The translations under genes were made by a program, and so were the position numbers. Below the pieces are notes generated by a model. The model did no database searches, was not told the DNA's origin, and was given only the letters and a program-made list of their open reading frames with translations. Source: Candidatus Rokuibacteriota bacterium (GTDB lineage: Bacteria > Methylomirabilota > Methylomirabilia > Rokubacteriales > CSP1-6). From it: a DNA stretch of 64,000 nt. The stretch spans positions 12,713 to 76,712 of the forward strand of contig JACPCX010000176.1 in the NCBI GenBank assembly GCA_016184305.1, written 5' to 3'. This document shows positions 33,416 to 42,630 of this stretch, piece after piece (within the stretch, counting starts at the first letter, position 1; each line of letters starts with the position of its first letter).

Positions 33416-33750
33416 GACGCGGGGAGATCTATCGCACTCGCGAACGGATCCCCGAGCGCGGCGGCAAGCCCGGCTTCTACGTGGTCGTCTCCCGAACGTT
33501 CATCGCCGACCACGAAGACGTGTCCACCGTCATCTGCGCGCCCATCTACAGCGAGATCCTGGGCCTGACCACGGAGGTCGTCCTCGGGCCGGGCGATGGA
33601 CTCCCGCGGACCTGTGCCGTGCGCTGCGACTTCCTCACCTTGATGTTCAAGACCAAGCTGACCCAGTTCGTGGCCGACATCTCCCCCGCGAAGCTGAACG
33701 AACTGAATCGGGCGTTGGCGGCGGCGCTCGAGCTTCCGGCGGCGCGGTGA
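33412..33750 (+). CDS. PemK/MazF-family type II toxin (divergent)
   Basis: MRRGEIY, VVVS, VICAPI, EV.L...DGL....V.CD, L..ALAAALEL. Confidence 0.8.
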   Translation: MRRGEIYRTRERIPERGGKPGFYVVVSRTFIADHEDVSTVICAPIYSEILGLTTEVVLGPGDGLPRTCAVRCDFLTLMFKTKLTQFVADISPAKLNELNRALAAALELPAAR

Positions 33751-33818
33751 CGCCCGCGGATCGAACCAAGCTCGCAAAGGAACGAGCATCACCAGAGCCG
33801 GGAAGGCGGTAGCGCAGG

Positions 33819-35468
33819 ATGCCGGCGAGATCGGGCAGGACCAAGCGGAAGTCCAAGACGCCCAAGCCGAATGGCGGTGGCCACGCGGACCTGATCCGCC
33901 AGCTCTGGGAAGCCGCCGTCCATCTCCGCGGCTCCATCGAGCCCGCCGACTACAAGCGGTATGTCCTGCCCATCATCTTCCTGCGCTTCCTCTCCCTCCG
34001 GTACGAGCGCCGCCGCCACGAGCTGGAGCGGATGACCCGGGAGCCGCGCTCCGGGTACTACACGAAGAATGCAAAGCAGGCCGCCGCCATCCTGGAAGAC
34101 CCGGACGAGTACCGGTCGGTGGGCGCCTTCATCGTGCCCAAGGCGGCCCGCTGGGAGGAAATCGTCAAGCACGCCCAGGCCGACGACATCAAGGTGCGGC
34201 TGGACCACGCCCTCGAGGCGCTCGAGAAGGCCTACCCTGACAAGCTCCGGGGCCTCCTGCCGCGGACCTACGCCGGCTCCAACCTGGAGCGCGAGGGCGT
34301 CACCGGGCTCATCAACCTCTTCGCCAAGGACGTGTTCAAGGAAGACCATGGCGGCGAGGACCTCATCGGCAGGGTTTACGAGTACTTCATCGGCGAGTTC
34401 GCCTCCTCCGAGGGCAAGCGGGGCGGCGAGTACTTCACCCCGGTGAGCATCGTCCGCACCCTGGTGGCCATGCTGGCGCCCGAGGAGGGCATCGTCCTCG
34501 ATCCCTGCTGCGGCTCGGGCGGCATGTTCGTCCAGTCTGACCTCTTCACCCGGCACAGCCATCGCCTCTCCTTCGTGGGCCAGGAGTCCAAGGACTTCAC
34601 CTACCGGCTCTGCCGGATGAACCTCTTCATCCACGGGCTGGACGGCAATATCCAGCTTGGCAACTCCTTCATCGACGACAGGCACGCGACGGTCAAGGCC
34701 GACTACGTGCTGGCCAATCCGCCCTTCAACGACGGCTCCAAGAGCGAGAACGGCTGGGGCGCCGACCGCCTCCCCGACACGGACCTCCGCCTCGTCGTGA
34801 GTGGGCAGCGGATGCCGCTCTCCCCACGCAACGCCAACACCATGTGGATCCTCCACTTCCTCCATCACCTCAGGGAAGGCGGCACGGCGGGCTTCGTGAT
34901 GGCGACGGGGGAGCTGAGCAACGGCGAGACCGCCCGCCTCGAGGTGCGCAAGGCCCTGGTGGAGCAGGGACACGTGGACTGCATCGTCCAGCTCACCGGC
35001 CAGCTCTTCGCCAACACCCAGATCCCCTGCGCGCTCTGGTTCCTGGCGAAGAATCGGGACGGTCAGGGTGGCTTCCGCCCCCGCCAGGGCGAGATCCTTT
35101 TCATCGACGGCCGCAGGCTCGGCTCGCTCATCCCCGGCTCCCGCAAGCAGAAACAGCTCGCGGACGAGGAGATCCGGCGCATCGCCTCCGTCTACCGCGC
35201 CTACTGCGCCGAGGCCCGCCCTCCGGACGTCCCCGGCTTCTGCCGGGTGGCCCCCCTCGACGAGGTGCGCGGCCACACCTACGCCCTCGCCCCCGGCCGC
35301 TACGTGGGCGCCGAAGACGGCTCCGACGACGACGAGCCCCTCGAGGACAAGCTCCCGCGGCTGGTCAAGCAGCTCGAGGAGCAGTTCGCGCGGTCGGCGG
35401 AGCTGGAGCGTGCCATCCGGCGAAACCTCCAGGCCCTCATCTGCGACGGAGTGGAGCGCCAGGCTTGA
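33819..35468 (+). CDS. hsdM: Type I restriction-modification methyltransferase subunit
   Basis: LW.AA..LRGS, GEYFTP, DPCCGSGGM, ANPPFN (N6-adenine), LFANTQIP, PGRYVG. Confidence 0.95.
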   Translation: MPARSGRTKRKSKTPKPNGGGHADLIRQLWEAAVHLRGSIEPADYKRYVLPIIFLRFLSLRYERRRHELERMTREPRSGYYTKNAKQAAAILEDPDEYRSVGAFIVPKAARWEEIVKHAQADDIKVRLDHALEALEKAYPDKLRGLLPRTYAGSNLEREGVTGLINLFAKDVFKEDHGGEDLIGRVYEYFIGEFASSEGKRGGEYFTPVSIVRTLVAMLAPEEGIVLDPCCGSGGMFVQSDLFTRHSHRLSFVGQESKDFTYRLCRMNLFIHGLDGNIQLGNSFIDDRHATVKADYVLANPPFNDGSKSENGWGADRLPDTDLRLVVSGQRMPLSPRNANTMWILHFLHHLREGGTAGFVMATGELSNGETARLEVRKALVEQGHVDCIVQLTGQLFANTQIPCALWFLAKNRDGQGGFRPRQGEILFIDGRRLGSLIPGSRKQKQLADEEIRRIASVYRAYCAEARPPDVPGFCRVAPLDEVRGHTYALAPGRYVGAEDGSDDDEPLEDKLPRLVKQLEEQFARSAELERAIRRNLQALICDGVERQA

Positions 35469-35529
35469 GATCACGATCCCGTGACCTCAGAGCGAACTTC
35501 GAGGTCGCACACACTGCGGCGGGACGGTG

Positions 35530-36891
35530 ATGGACGTGAGCCCATCCCCGCAGTTCTGGCAGGCGACAGCCGTGGAGGCTGAGTGGCCCACCTTCCCGGT
35601 CGAGGAGCTGCAGCGTCGAGGGTGGCTGTTCGTGGAGGATGGCAATCACGGGGAGTCCCGACCCCTGCCCCACGAGTTCGGCTCGGGCTCCACCGCGTTC
35701 ATCCGAGCCGCCGACATTGACTACGGTCGCGTCCTCTTCGAGACGGCGGAGTGCATCAACGACACCGCCCTGGCCAGGATCCGCAAGGGGGTGGGGCGCG
35801 GCGGCGACGTCCTCTTCTCTCACAAGGGAACCGTCGGCAAGCTGGCGTTGGTCCCGCTCGATGCCCCCCCGTTCGTCTGTTCCCCGCAGACGACGTTCTG
35901 GCGGACTCTCGACCCGACTCGACTGGACCGTCAGTTCCTCTTCTCGTTCATGCGCTCGAAACCCTTCGCGGACCAGTGGTTCTCTCGCAAGGGCGAGACC
36001 GACATGGCCGACTACGTGAGCCTCACCGCCCAGCGAGGGTGTTCCGTCCCGGTCCCTCCGATCGAGCAGCAGCACGCCATCGGCCGCGTCCTCGGTGCGC
36101 TCGACGACAAGATCGAGCTGAATCGCCAGATGAACCGGACGTTGGAGGCGATGGCCCAGGCGATCTTCAGGTCCTGGTTCGTGGACTGTGATCCGGTCGC
36201 CGCCAAGACCGCCGGCCGCCAGCCCTTCGGCATGGACAGCGAGATTGCGGGCCTCTTCCCTGATCGCGTCCGTGACTCCCACATGGGCCCGCTCCCGGAC
36301 GGTTGGATCCCAACGACCATCGCCGGGATCGCCGGCTACGTGAATGGCCGTAACTTCACGGCTGGCGCAACGGGGCGAGGACGGATGGTCATACGGATCG
36401 CCGAGTTGAACTCGGGTCCGGGTCCGTCAACGGTCTACACGGAAGCGGATGCACCACCCGCCCACATCGCCCAACCGGGTGACCTGCTCTTCGCATGGTC
36501 CGGGTCCCTGGGGATCTATCGTTGGTGGCGTGACGATGCATTGATTAACCAACACGTCTTCAAGGTGGTGTGCGAACGATTGCCTCAATGGTTCGTCCAT
36601 TGGCACTTGAGGGAGGCGCTTCCGTTCTTCCAGAGCATTGCAGCCGAGAAGGCAACAACCATGGGGCACATCAAGCGGGAACACCTGGCCCAGTGGGATC
36701 TCGCCATCCCATCACGCGGCATGCTTCAGGCCGCCGACCGCATCCTGGGTCCCCGATACAACCGCATCTTCGAGAACGAAAGAGAGTCTCTGGTGCTGGC
36801 TGATCTCGGGGTGTTGCTCCTGGCTGGACTGCTCTCCGGTGAGATCCGGGTCCGGGAGGCGGAGAAGCTGGTGGTTCAGGCGGGTGCCTGA
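35530..36891 (+). CDS. hsdS: Type I restriction-modification specificity subunit
   Basis: Two TRDs joined by PPIEQQ..I..VL.ALDDKIELN..MN.TLEAMAQAIFRSWF; C-terminal LLSGEIRV. Confidence 0.92.
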   Translation: MDVSPSPQFWQATAVEAEWPTFPVEELQRRGWLFVEDGNHGESRPLPHEFGSGSTAFIRAADIDYGRVLFETAECINDTALARIRKGVGRGGDVLFSHKGTVGKLALVPLDAPPFVCSPQTTFWRTLDPTRLDRQFLFSFMRSKPFADQWFSRKGETDMADYVSLTAQRGCSVPVPPIEQQHAIGRVLGALDDKIELNRQMNRTLEAMAQAIFRSWFVDCDPVAAKTAGRQPFGMDSEIAGLFPDRVRDSHMGPLPDGWIPTTIAGIAGYVNGRNFTAGATGRGRMVIRIAELNSGPGPSTVYTEADAPPAHIAQPGDLLFAWSGSLGIYRWWRDDALINQHVFKVVCERLPQWFVHWHLREALPFFQSIAAEKATTMGHIKREHLAQWDLAIPSRGMLQAADRILGPRYNRIFENERESLVLADLGVLLLAGLLSGEIRVREAEKLVVQAGA

Positions 36892-36993
36892 GATCAGCCG
36901 GTTCTGTCGAGGACGCCCCCAACCAGATCGCGCATGACCGCCACGACCGATGTCGGGTTGCACGGGCGCGGGCGGTAGCGTATAGATGGCGCC

Positions 36994-37503
36994 ATGACAC
37001 CAGGCGAGCGGGCCCGACTGATAGACCAGTACGCCGCGGGGCCCGCGCGCCTGCGCGCGGCGCTCGCCACGGTCCCCGCGGAGGCGATGACATGGCGTCC
37101 GGCGCTGGGCGAGTGGTCGGCCCACGAGGTCATCCTCCACTGCGCCGACAGCGAGACGACCTCCTGCGTGCGGCTGCGCTTCCTCCTCGCCGAGCCCGAG
37201 CCCGTGCTGGTCGGGTATGATCAGGAGCGCTGGGCCGTGGCGCTCGACTACCACCGCCTTCCCGTCGAGCCCGCGCTGGCCGCGGTCGAGGCCGTGCGCG
37301 CGAACACAATGCCGCTGCTCCGCCGGCTCCCCGAGGAGGCCTGGCAGCGCGCGGGGCGCCACACCGACTCGGGCGCCTATGGCATGCTGGACTGGCTGCG
37401 GATCTACGCCGAGCACCTCGAGGGCCATAGCCGGCAGATCGAACAGAACCTCGCGGCGTGGCGCTCGCGCGAGCTGGTGCCAGGACCCTTGCGCCAGACC
37501 TGA
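36994..37503 (+). CDS. DinB/YfiT family protein
   Basis: RPALGEWSAHEVILHCADSE, YDQERW, HLEGHSRQI. Confidence 0.85.
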   Translation: MTPGERARLIDQYAAGPARLRAALATVPAEAMTWRPALGEWSAHEVILHCADSETTSCVRLRFLLAEPEPVLVGYDQERWAVALDYHRLPVEPALAAVEAVRANTMPLLRRLPEEAWQRAGRHTDSGAYGMLDWLRIYAEHLEGHSRQIEQNLAAWRSRELVPGPLRQT

Positions 37504-37550
37504 CGCCTAAGGTATAAGGGTCCCACGTCTTCACCCTTCAACGAGGCCCG

Positions 37551-38882
37551 ATGCCACAACGCGCAGGCCGCAGTCCCGAAGAAGACGCGCTCCTCGAGAA
37601 GGCCGCCCGGCTCCTGCCCGGCGGGGTGCTGGGCGGCTACTCCGTCCCGCGTGAACTGTCGTTCATCGTGCGGGAGGGGCGGGGCCCGCGCCTCTACGAC
37701 GTCTCCGGACGGGAGTACGTCGACTACATCCTGGGCTCGGGCCCCCTCGTGCTCGGCCACGCGCATCCCGCCGTCATGGCCGCGGTGGAGCGGCAGCTCA
37801 GCCGGGGCACGACCTACTTCCAGCTCAGCGAGCCCACGCTCGAGCTCGCCGAGGAGATCTGCCGCGCCGTGCCCTGCGCCGAGCAGGTCCGCTTCACCTC
37901 CTCGGGCAGCGAGGCCACGTTCTTCGCCCTCCGCATCGCCCGCGCCTTCATGAAGAAGGACAAGATCCTGAAGTTCGAGGGCGGCTTCCACGGCACTCAC
38001 GACTACTCGCTGATGAGCGTCGGCCCACGGTCGCCCAAGGCCTTCCCCGCCCCGACGCCCGACTCGGCCGGCATTCCCCACGCCATCCAGGACAACGTCC
38101 TCGTCGCCCCGTTCAACGATCTCGCCGAGACGGAGGCGATCCTCGCCGCCCACCACCAGGATCTGGCCGCGGTGATCATGGAGCCCTTCCAGCGGCTCAT
38201 CGCGCCGCAGCGGGAGTTCCTCCGCGGCGTGCGCGAGATCACGCGCCGTCACGGCATCCCCCTCATCTTCGACGAGATCGTCACGGGCTTCCGTTTCGCC
38301 TACGGCGGGGCTCAGGAGTACTACGGCGTGGTCCCCGATCTGGTCGCTCTCGGCAAGATCGTCGGCGGCGGCTTCGCCCTGGCCGCCGTCGCCGGCCGCC
38401 GGGACATCATGCGCCACCTGGCGCCGGACCTCGACGGAACGCCCGAGTTCGTCGCCCAGGCCGGCACGCTGAACGGCAATCCCGTGGCGGCGGCGGCGGG
38501 GCTCGCCACGCTCACGGAGCTGCGGAAGCCCGGGACCTACGCGCGGCTCTTCGCCACGGGGGCCCGGGTCAAGGCCGCGCTGGAAGAGGCCGCCCGCGCG
38601 GTGGGGGTCCCCGCCCAGGTGGCCGGCGAGGCGCCGGTGTTCGAGATCTACTTCACCGACCGGCCCATCACCGACTATCGGGCGACGCTCACGGCCGACC
38701 GGCAGCGCCACGCGGTCTTCACCCGCGCGCTGCTCGAGTGGGGTATCGTCAAGGCGAGCCAGAAGTTTTACGTCTCCCTCGCCCACGGCGAGGAGGATGT
38801 CCGGCAGACCACGGCAGCATTCGCCGCGGCGCTGCACGCCGTGGCCGAACAACGACCCGCCAACAGGAGGACGCCCTCATGA
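37551..38882 (+). CDS. Class III aminotransferase (glutamate-1-semialdehyde aminomutase-like)
   Basis: DYILGSGPLVLGHAHP, FTSSGSEA, IFDEIVTGFR, LGKIVGGG, GTLNGNP. Confidence 0.88.
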   Translation: MPQRAGRSPEEDALLEKAARLLPGGVLGGYSVPRELSFIVREGRGPRLYDVSGREYVDYILGSGPLVLGHAHPAVMAAVERQLSRGTTYFQLSEPTLELAEEICRAVPCAEQVRFTSSGSEATFFALRIARAFMKKDKILKFEGGFHGTHDYSLMSVGPRSPKAFPAPTPDSAGIPHAIQDNVLVAPFNDLAETEAILAAHHQDLAAVIMEPFQRLIAPQREFLRGVREITRRHGIPLIFDEIVTGFRFAYGGAQEYYGVVPDLVALGKIVGGGFALAAVAGRRDIMRHLAPDLDGTPEFVAQAGTLNGNPVAAAAGLATLTELRKPGTYARLFATGARVKAALEEAARAVGVPAQVAGEAPVFEIYFTDRPITDYRATLTADRQRHAVFTRALLEWGIVKASQKFYVSLAHGEEDVRQTTAAFAAALHAVAEQRPANRRTPS

Positions 38883-40189
38883 GCGAGCGCTGGATGGATG
38901 AACCTTGGGCCGAGTCCGAGGAGGTCTGGTATAGCGGCAAGGTCACGCGGCGAACGTTGCTCGGCCTCGGCGCCACCGCGGCGGGCGCCCTCGGCGCGAC
39001 CATGCTCGTGCCGGCGCCCTGGCGGCACGCCTTCGGCCAGGCCAAGGCCTACAGGGTCGGGACGCTCCAGCCGCTCTCGGGAGCAGCGGCGGCCGGGGGC
39101 AAGACGGCGCTGGTCGGGGTGGAGATGGCGGTGGACCGCGCCAACAAGTCTGGCGGGATCGGCGGCCGACCTGTCGAGCTGATCGTCGCCGACTACGAGT
39201 CCAAGCCCGACGTCGGCCGGCGCAAGGCCGAGAAGCTCGCCCTCGAGGACAAGATCGACGCCCACGTGGGCGGCTACCTGTCCAACGTGTGCCTGGCCTG
39301 CATGCCGGTGTGGGAGGAGCACAAGATCGTCAACATGATCACGGTGTGCCTCGACACGACCATCACGACCACCAAGTGCAGCCGCTACACCTTCCGGCCC
39401 TTCGACTACGCCCCCGCCCAGGCGGTGGCCTTCGCGCCGTACCTGGTGGGGAAGATGGGCAAGAAGTGGCACATCGTCTACGCCGACTACGCCTGGGGGC
39501 AGTCCACCCGTGACGCCTTCGCCGCGGAGATCAAGAAGAACGGCGGCGAGATGGTCGGCAGCACGGGCATCCCCCTCGGCACGGCCGACATGACGCCCTT
39601 CCTGTCGAAGATCAGCGGCGGCTTCGACGGGCTCTTCGGCATCTTCTTCGGCGGCCAGGGCATCTCGTTCGTGACCCAGACCTTCGACCTCGGCATGTCG
39701 AAGAAGTACAAGATCGCCGGCGACGGGGCCATGACGCCCTCGGTGAGCCTCCCTGCCATCGGCACCAAGGGCGACGGCTTCACCGGCATCGACCGGTACA
39801 TTCCGGTGCTGGAGGGGCCGCTCAACACGCCCTCCCACAAGAAGTTCTTCGACGACGCGGTGGCGCGACTCAAGGCCATCGACCCGTCGGGCCCGCTGCC
39901 GGACCGCTTCGTGCAGTCCAACTTCGAGGTCTTCAACTTCCTCAAGCTCGGGATCCAGAAGTCGGGCTTCCGCGGACGCGAGGACACGATGAAGCTCATC
40001 GCGGCCCTCGAGGGCATGGAGGTCAAGGAGAGCGACGACTTCCCGCAGGGCGACAAGACGCTGCGCAAGGAGGACCACCAGGCCTTCCTGCGCGAGTTCA
40101 TCTACGGCCTGAAGAACGTCAAGCACCGGCTGCTGGAGATCGTGCCGAAGGACAAGACCCTCGTCCCGCCGGCCTGCAAGTTCGCGTAG
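38879..40189 (+). CDS. Branched-chain amino acid-type ABC substrate-binding protein (Tat)
   Basis: VTRRTLLGLG Tat motif, PLSG, GGIGGRPVELIVAD, ADYAWGQS. Confidence 0.87.
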   Translation: MSERWMDEPWAESEEVWYSGKVTRRTLLGLGATAAGALGATMLVPAPWRHAFGQAKAYRVGTLQPLSGAAAAGGKTALVGVEMAVDRANKSGGIGGRPVELIVADYESKPDVGRRKAEKLALEDKIDAHVGGYLSNVCLACMPVWEEHKIVNMITVCLDTTITTTKCSRYTFRPFDYAPAQAVAFAPYLVGKMGKKWHIVYADYAWGQSTRDAFAAEIKKNGGEMVGSTGIPLGTADMTPFLSKISGGFDGLFGIFFGGQGISFVTQTFDLGMSKKYKIAGDGAMTPSVSLPAIGTKGDGFTGIDRYIPVLEGPLNTPSHKKFFDDAVARLKAIDPSGPLPDRFVQSNFEVFNFLKLGIQKSGFRGREDTMKLIAALEGMEVKESDDFPQGDKTLRKEDHQAFLREFIYGLKNVKHRLLEIVPKDKTLVPPACKFA

Positions 40190-40190
40190 C

Positions 40191-40985
40191 GTGACGGTGG
40201 ACCAATCCCGATGGGGCTCGCCGGCGGAGCACGGCCGGAGCGCCTCCTCGGGTCCCATTCTGCGCACCGAGGGGCTCACGATGCGGTTTGGCGGCCTCGC
40301 GGCCGTCAACAACGTGAGCCTCTCGGTCCCGCGAGGCGAGATCCGCGCCATCATCGGTCCCAACGGCGCGGGCAAGAGCACCTTCTTCAACTGCCTGACC
40401 GGCGTCCTCCGGCCCACCGGCGGGCGCGTCCTCCTCGACGGCGAGGATGTGACCGGGCTGCCGCCGAACCGGATTTCCCGCAAGGGCATCGCCCGCTCGT
40501 ACCAGCTCACCAACATCATGCCCGGCGCCACCGTGCTCGAGAACGTCCGCATCGCCGCCCAGTCGCGGCAGCATGGCTGGAGCCTGCTGAGCCACCACCG
40601 CGCCTTCGGCGACCTGATCGCCCGGGCGCAGAGCGTGCTGGAGGCGGTGGCGCTCCGCGAGAAGGCGGGCGAGCTGGCGGCCAACCTCTCGCACGGCGAG
40701 CAGCGCAACCTGGAGATCGGCATCGCGCTGGCCACCGAGCCCCGGCTCCTGTGCCTCGACGAGCCGACGGCCGGCATGAGCGTCACCGAGACCCACGCGA
40801 CGGTGGAGCTCATCCGCCACATCGCGCGTGACCTGACCATCCTCATCGTGGAGCACGACATGGAGGTGGTGATGGGGCTGGCCCAGACCATCACCGTGCT
40901 CCACTACGGCGAGGTGCTCGCCGAGGGAACGCCCGCCGAGATCCAGGACAACCCGCGGGTGCAGGAGGTCTACCTCAAGACCTGA
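40191..40985 (+). CDS. LivG-type ABC ATP-binding protein
   Basis: FGGLAAV, GPNGAGKST, LDEPTAGM, VEHDM. Confidence 0.9.
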   Translation: MTVDQSRWGSPAEHGRSASSGPILRTEGLTMRFGGLAAVNNVSLSVPRGEIRAIIGPNGAGKSTFFNCLTGVLRPTGGRVLLDGEDVTGLPPNRISRKGIARSYQLTNIMPGATVLENVRIAAQSRQHGWSLLSHHRAFGDLIARAQSVLEAVALREKAGELAANLSHGEQRNLEIGIALATEPRLLCLDEPTAGMSVTETHATVELIRHIARDLTILIVEHDMEVVMGLAQTITVLHYGEVLAEGTPAEIQDNPRVQEVYLKT

Positions 40986-41692
40986 TGCTGACCCTCACGG
41001 AGGTTCACACCTACTACGGCAAGAGCCACATCCTGCTCGGCGTCTCCCTCGAGGTGCAGCCGGGCGAGGTGGTCGGTCTCCTCGGTCGGAACGGCGTCGG
41101 CAAGAGCACCACGCTCAAGACCATCATGGGGCTCGTGCGGCCGTCGGGGGGACACGTGCGCTTCGACGGGCGCGAGATCGCCGGCACGGCGCCCCACCGC
41201 CTCGCTCACGCGGGGCTCGCCTGGGTCCCGGAGGACCGCCGCATCTTCCGCCTCCTCTCGGTCATGGAGAACCTGCGAACGGGGCTCGACCGGCCGGGAA
41301 TGACCGAGGCCAGGCGGCGCGAGCTGCTCGACAAGGTGTACGCCCACTTCCCGGTGCTGGCGGAGCGGCGGAGCCAGGCGGGGGGCACGCTGTCCGGCGG
41401 TGAGCAGCAGATGCTGGCCATCGCCCGCGCCATGATGCTCGAGCCCAAGATCATCCTCCTCGACGAGCCGACGGAGGGGCTCATGCCGCGCATGGTCGGC
41501 CAGATCCGCGAGATCATCAGGCTGCTCCACCAGGACAGCGTGGCGATCCTGCTGGTCGAGCAGAACGTCCCGCTCACCCTGGACGTCAGCGATCGCGTCT
41601 ACATCATGGAGAAGGGTCTGGTCCGCCACCACGCCACGGCCGCCGAGCTGCGGGCCGACCACGCCGTGATCCACCAGTACCTGGGGGTGTAG
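40985..41692 (+). CDS. LivF-type ABC ATP-binding protein
   Basis: GRNGVGKST, LSGGEQQMLAIARA, LDEPTEGL. Confidence 0.9.
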   Translation: MLTLTEVHTYYGKSHILLGVSLEVQPGEVVGLLGRNGVGKSTTLKTIMGLVRPSGGHVRFDGREIAGTAPHRLAHAGLAWVPEDRRIFRLLSVMENLRTGLDRPGMTEARRRELLDKVYAHFPVLAERRSQAGGTLSGGEQQMLAIARAMMLEPKIILLDEPTEGLMPRMVGQIREIIRLLHQDSVAILLVEQNVPLTLDVSDRVYIMEKGLVRHHATAAELRADHAVIHQYLGV

Positions 41693-41694
41693 GC

Positions 41695-42567
41695 GTGAGC
41701 ATTCCCCTCGACCAGATCCTCATCCAGACGGTCAACGGGCTCGTCAACGGGATGATCCTCGCGCTCGTCGCCTCAGGGCTGACGCTCATCTTCGGGATCA
41801 TGGACGTGGTCAACTTCGCCCACGGAGACCTCGTGATGCTCGGCGGATTCACGGGCGCGGTGACCATCGCGGCCACGGGAAATTTCTGGCTCGCCCTCCT
41901 CGTCGCCGTGCTCATCATCGCGGTGTTCGGCGCCGTGCTCCAGGCGACGACGCTGCGCCCGCTGCTGGGCCGCGATCCCCTCACCACCATCCTCGCCACC
42001 TTCGGCATCTCGCTCGTGCTCCAGAAGTACGCGCTCTGGCAGTGGGGACCGTCGGCGCGCAGGATCCAGGAGCCCCTCACCGGCCAGTTCCAGCTCTTCT
42101 ACCTGCAGTACCCGTGGTACCGGGTGCTCACCGCCGTCCTCTCGGCGGCGATCATCGGCGGCTTCTGGCTCTTCCTCAGGCATGGCAAGTACGGCATCTG
42201 GATCCGCGCCACCATGCAGGACCGCATCATGGCCTCGGCCATGGGCATCCCGGTGCCGTGGGTCCACACCGGCGTCTTCGCCATCGGCGCCGGCATGGCC
42301 GCCGCCAGCGGGGTGCTCTTCGGCCCGCTCGGCGGAGTCACGCAGAACATGGGGCTGGACTTCACGCTGCGGGCCTTCATCGTGGTGGTGGTGGGCGGGA
42401 TGGGCAATCTCGGCGGCTCCATCTTCGCCGCGATCTTCATCAGCCTGCTCGAGGCCTACGCCTCCCTGGTCGTGAGCCCGGCCCAGGCGGTGATCGTCTC
42501 CTTCGTGGCCCTGATCCTCACGCTCCTGTTCCGGCCCACGGGCCTCTTCGTCCCGACGCCGAAGTGA
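41695..42567 (+). CDS. LivH-type ABC permease
   Basis: GLTLIFGIMDVVNFAHG, VVVGGMGN, RPTGLF. Confidence 0.9.
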   Translation: MSIPLDQILIQTVNGLVNGMILALVASGLTLIFGIMDVVNFAHGDLVMLGGFTGAVTIAATGNFWLALLVAVLIIAVFGAVLQATTLRPLLGRDPLTTILATFGISLVLQKYALWQWGPSARRIQEPLTGQFQLFYLQYPWYRVLTAVLSAAIIGGFWLFLRHGKYGIWIRATMQDRIMASAMGIPVPWVHTGVFAIGAGMAAASGVLFGPLGGVTQNMGLDFTLRAFIVVVVGGMGNLGGSIFAAIFISLLEAYASLVVSPAQAVIVSFVALILTLLFRPTGLFVPTPK

Positions 42568-42629
42568 GGACCCCGAAGTGAGGCCCCCGAAGTGAGGACC
42601 CCGAAGTGAGGACCCCGAAGTGAAGACCC
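42559..42629 (+). repeat. Five tandem 14 bp repeats (CCGAAGTGAGGACC) including the permease stop codon
   Basis: GAAGTGA at 42561, 42575, 42589, 42603, 42617. Confidence 0.93.
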
Positions 42630-42630
42630 A

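Noticed and set aside
33095..36993. Prophage or integrative element around TA-hsdMS
   Set aside because: No integrase, transposase, phage gene, tRNA or flanking direct repeat seen
37551..38882. Assigning the symbol hemL
   Set aside because: The context is a transporter operon and N-terminal motifs differ (GGVLGGY rather than GGVNSPVR); probably a paralog
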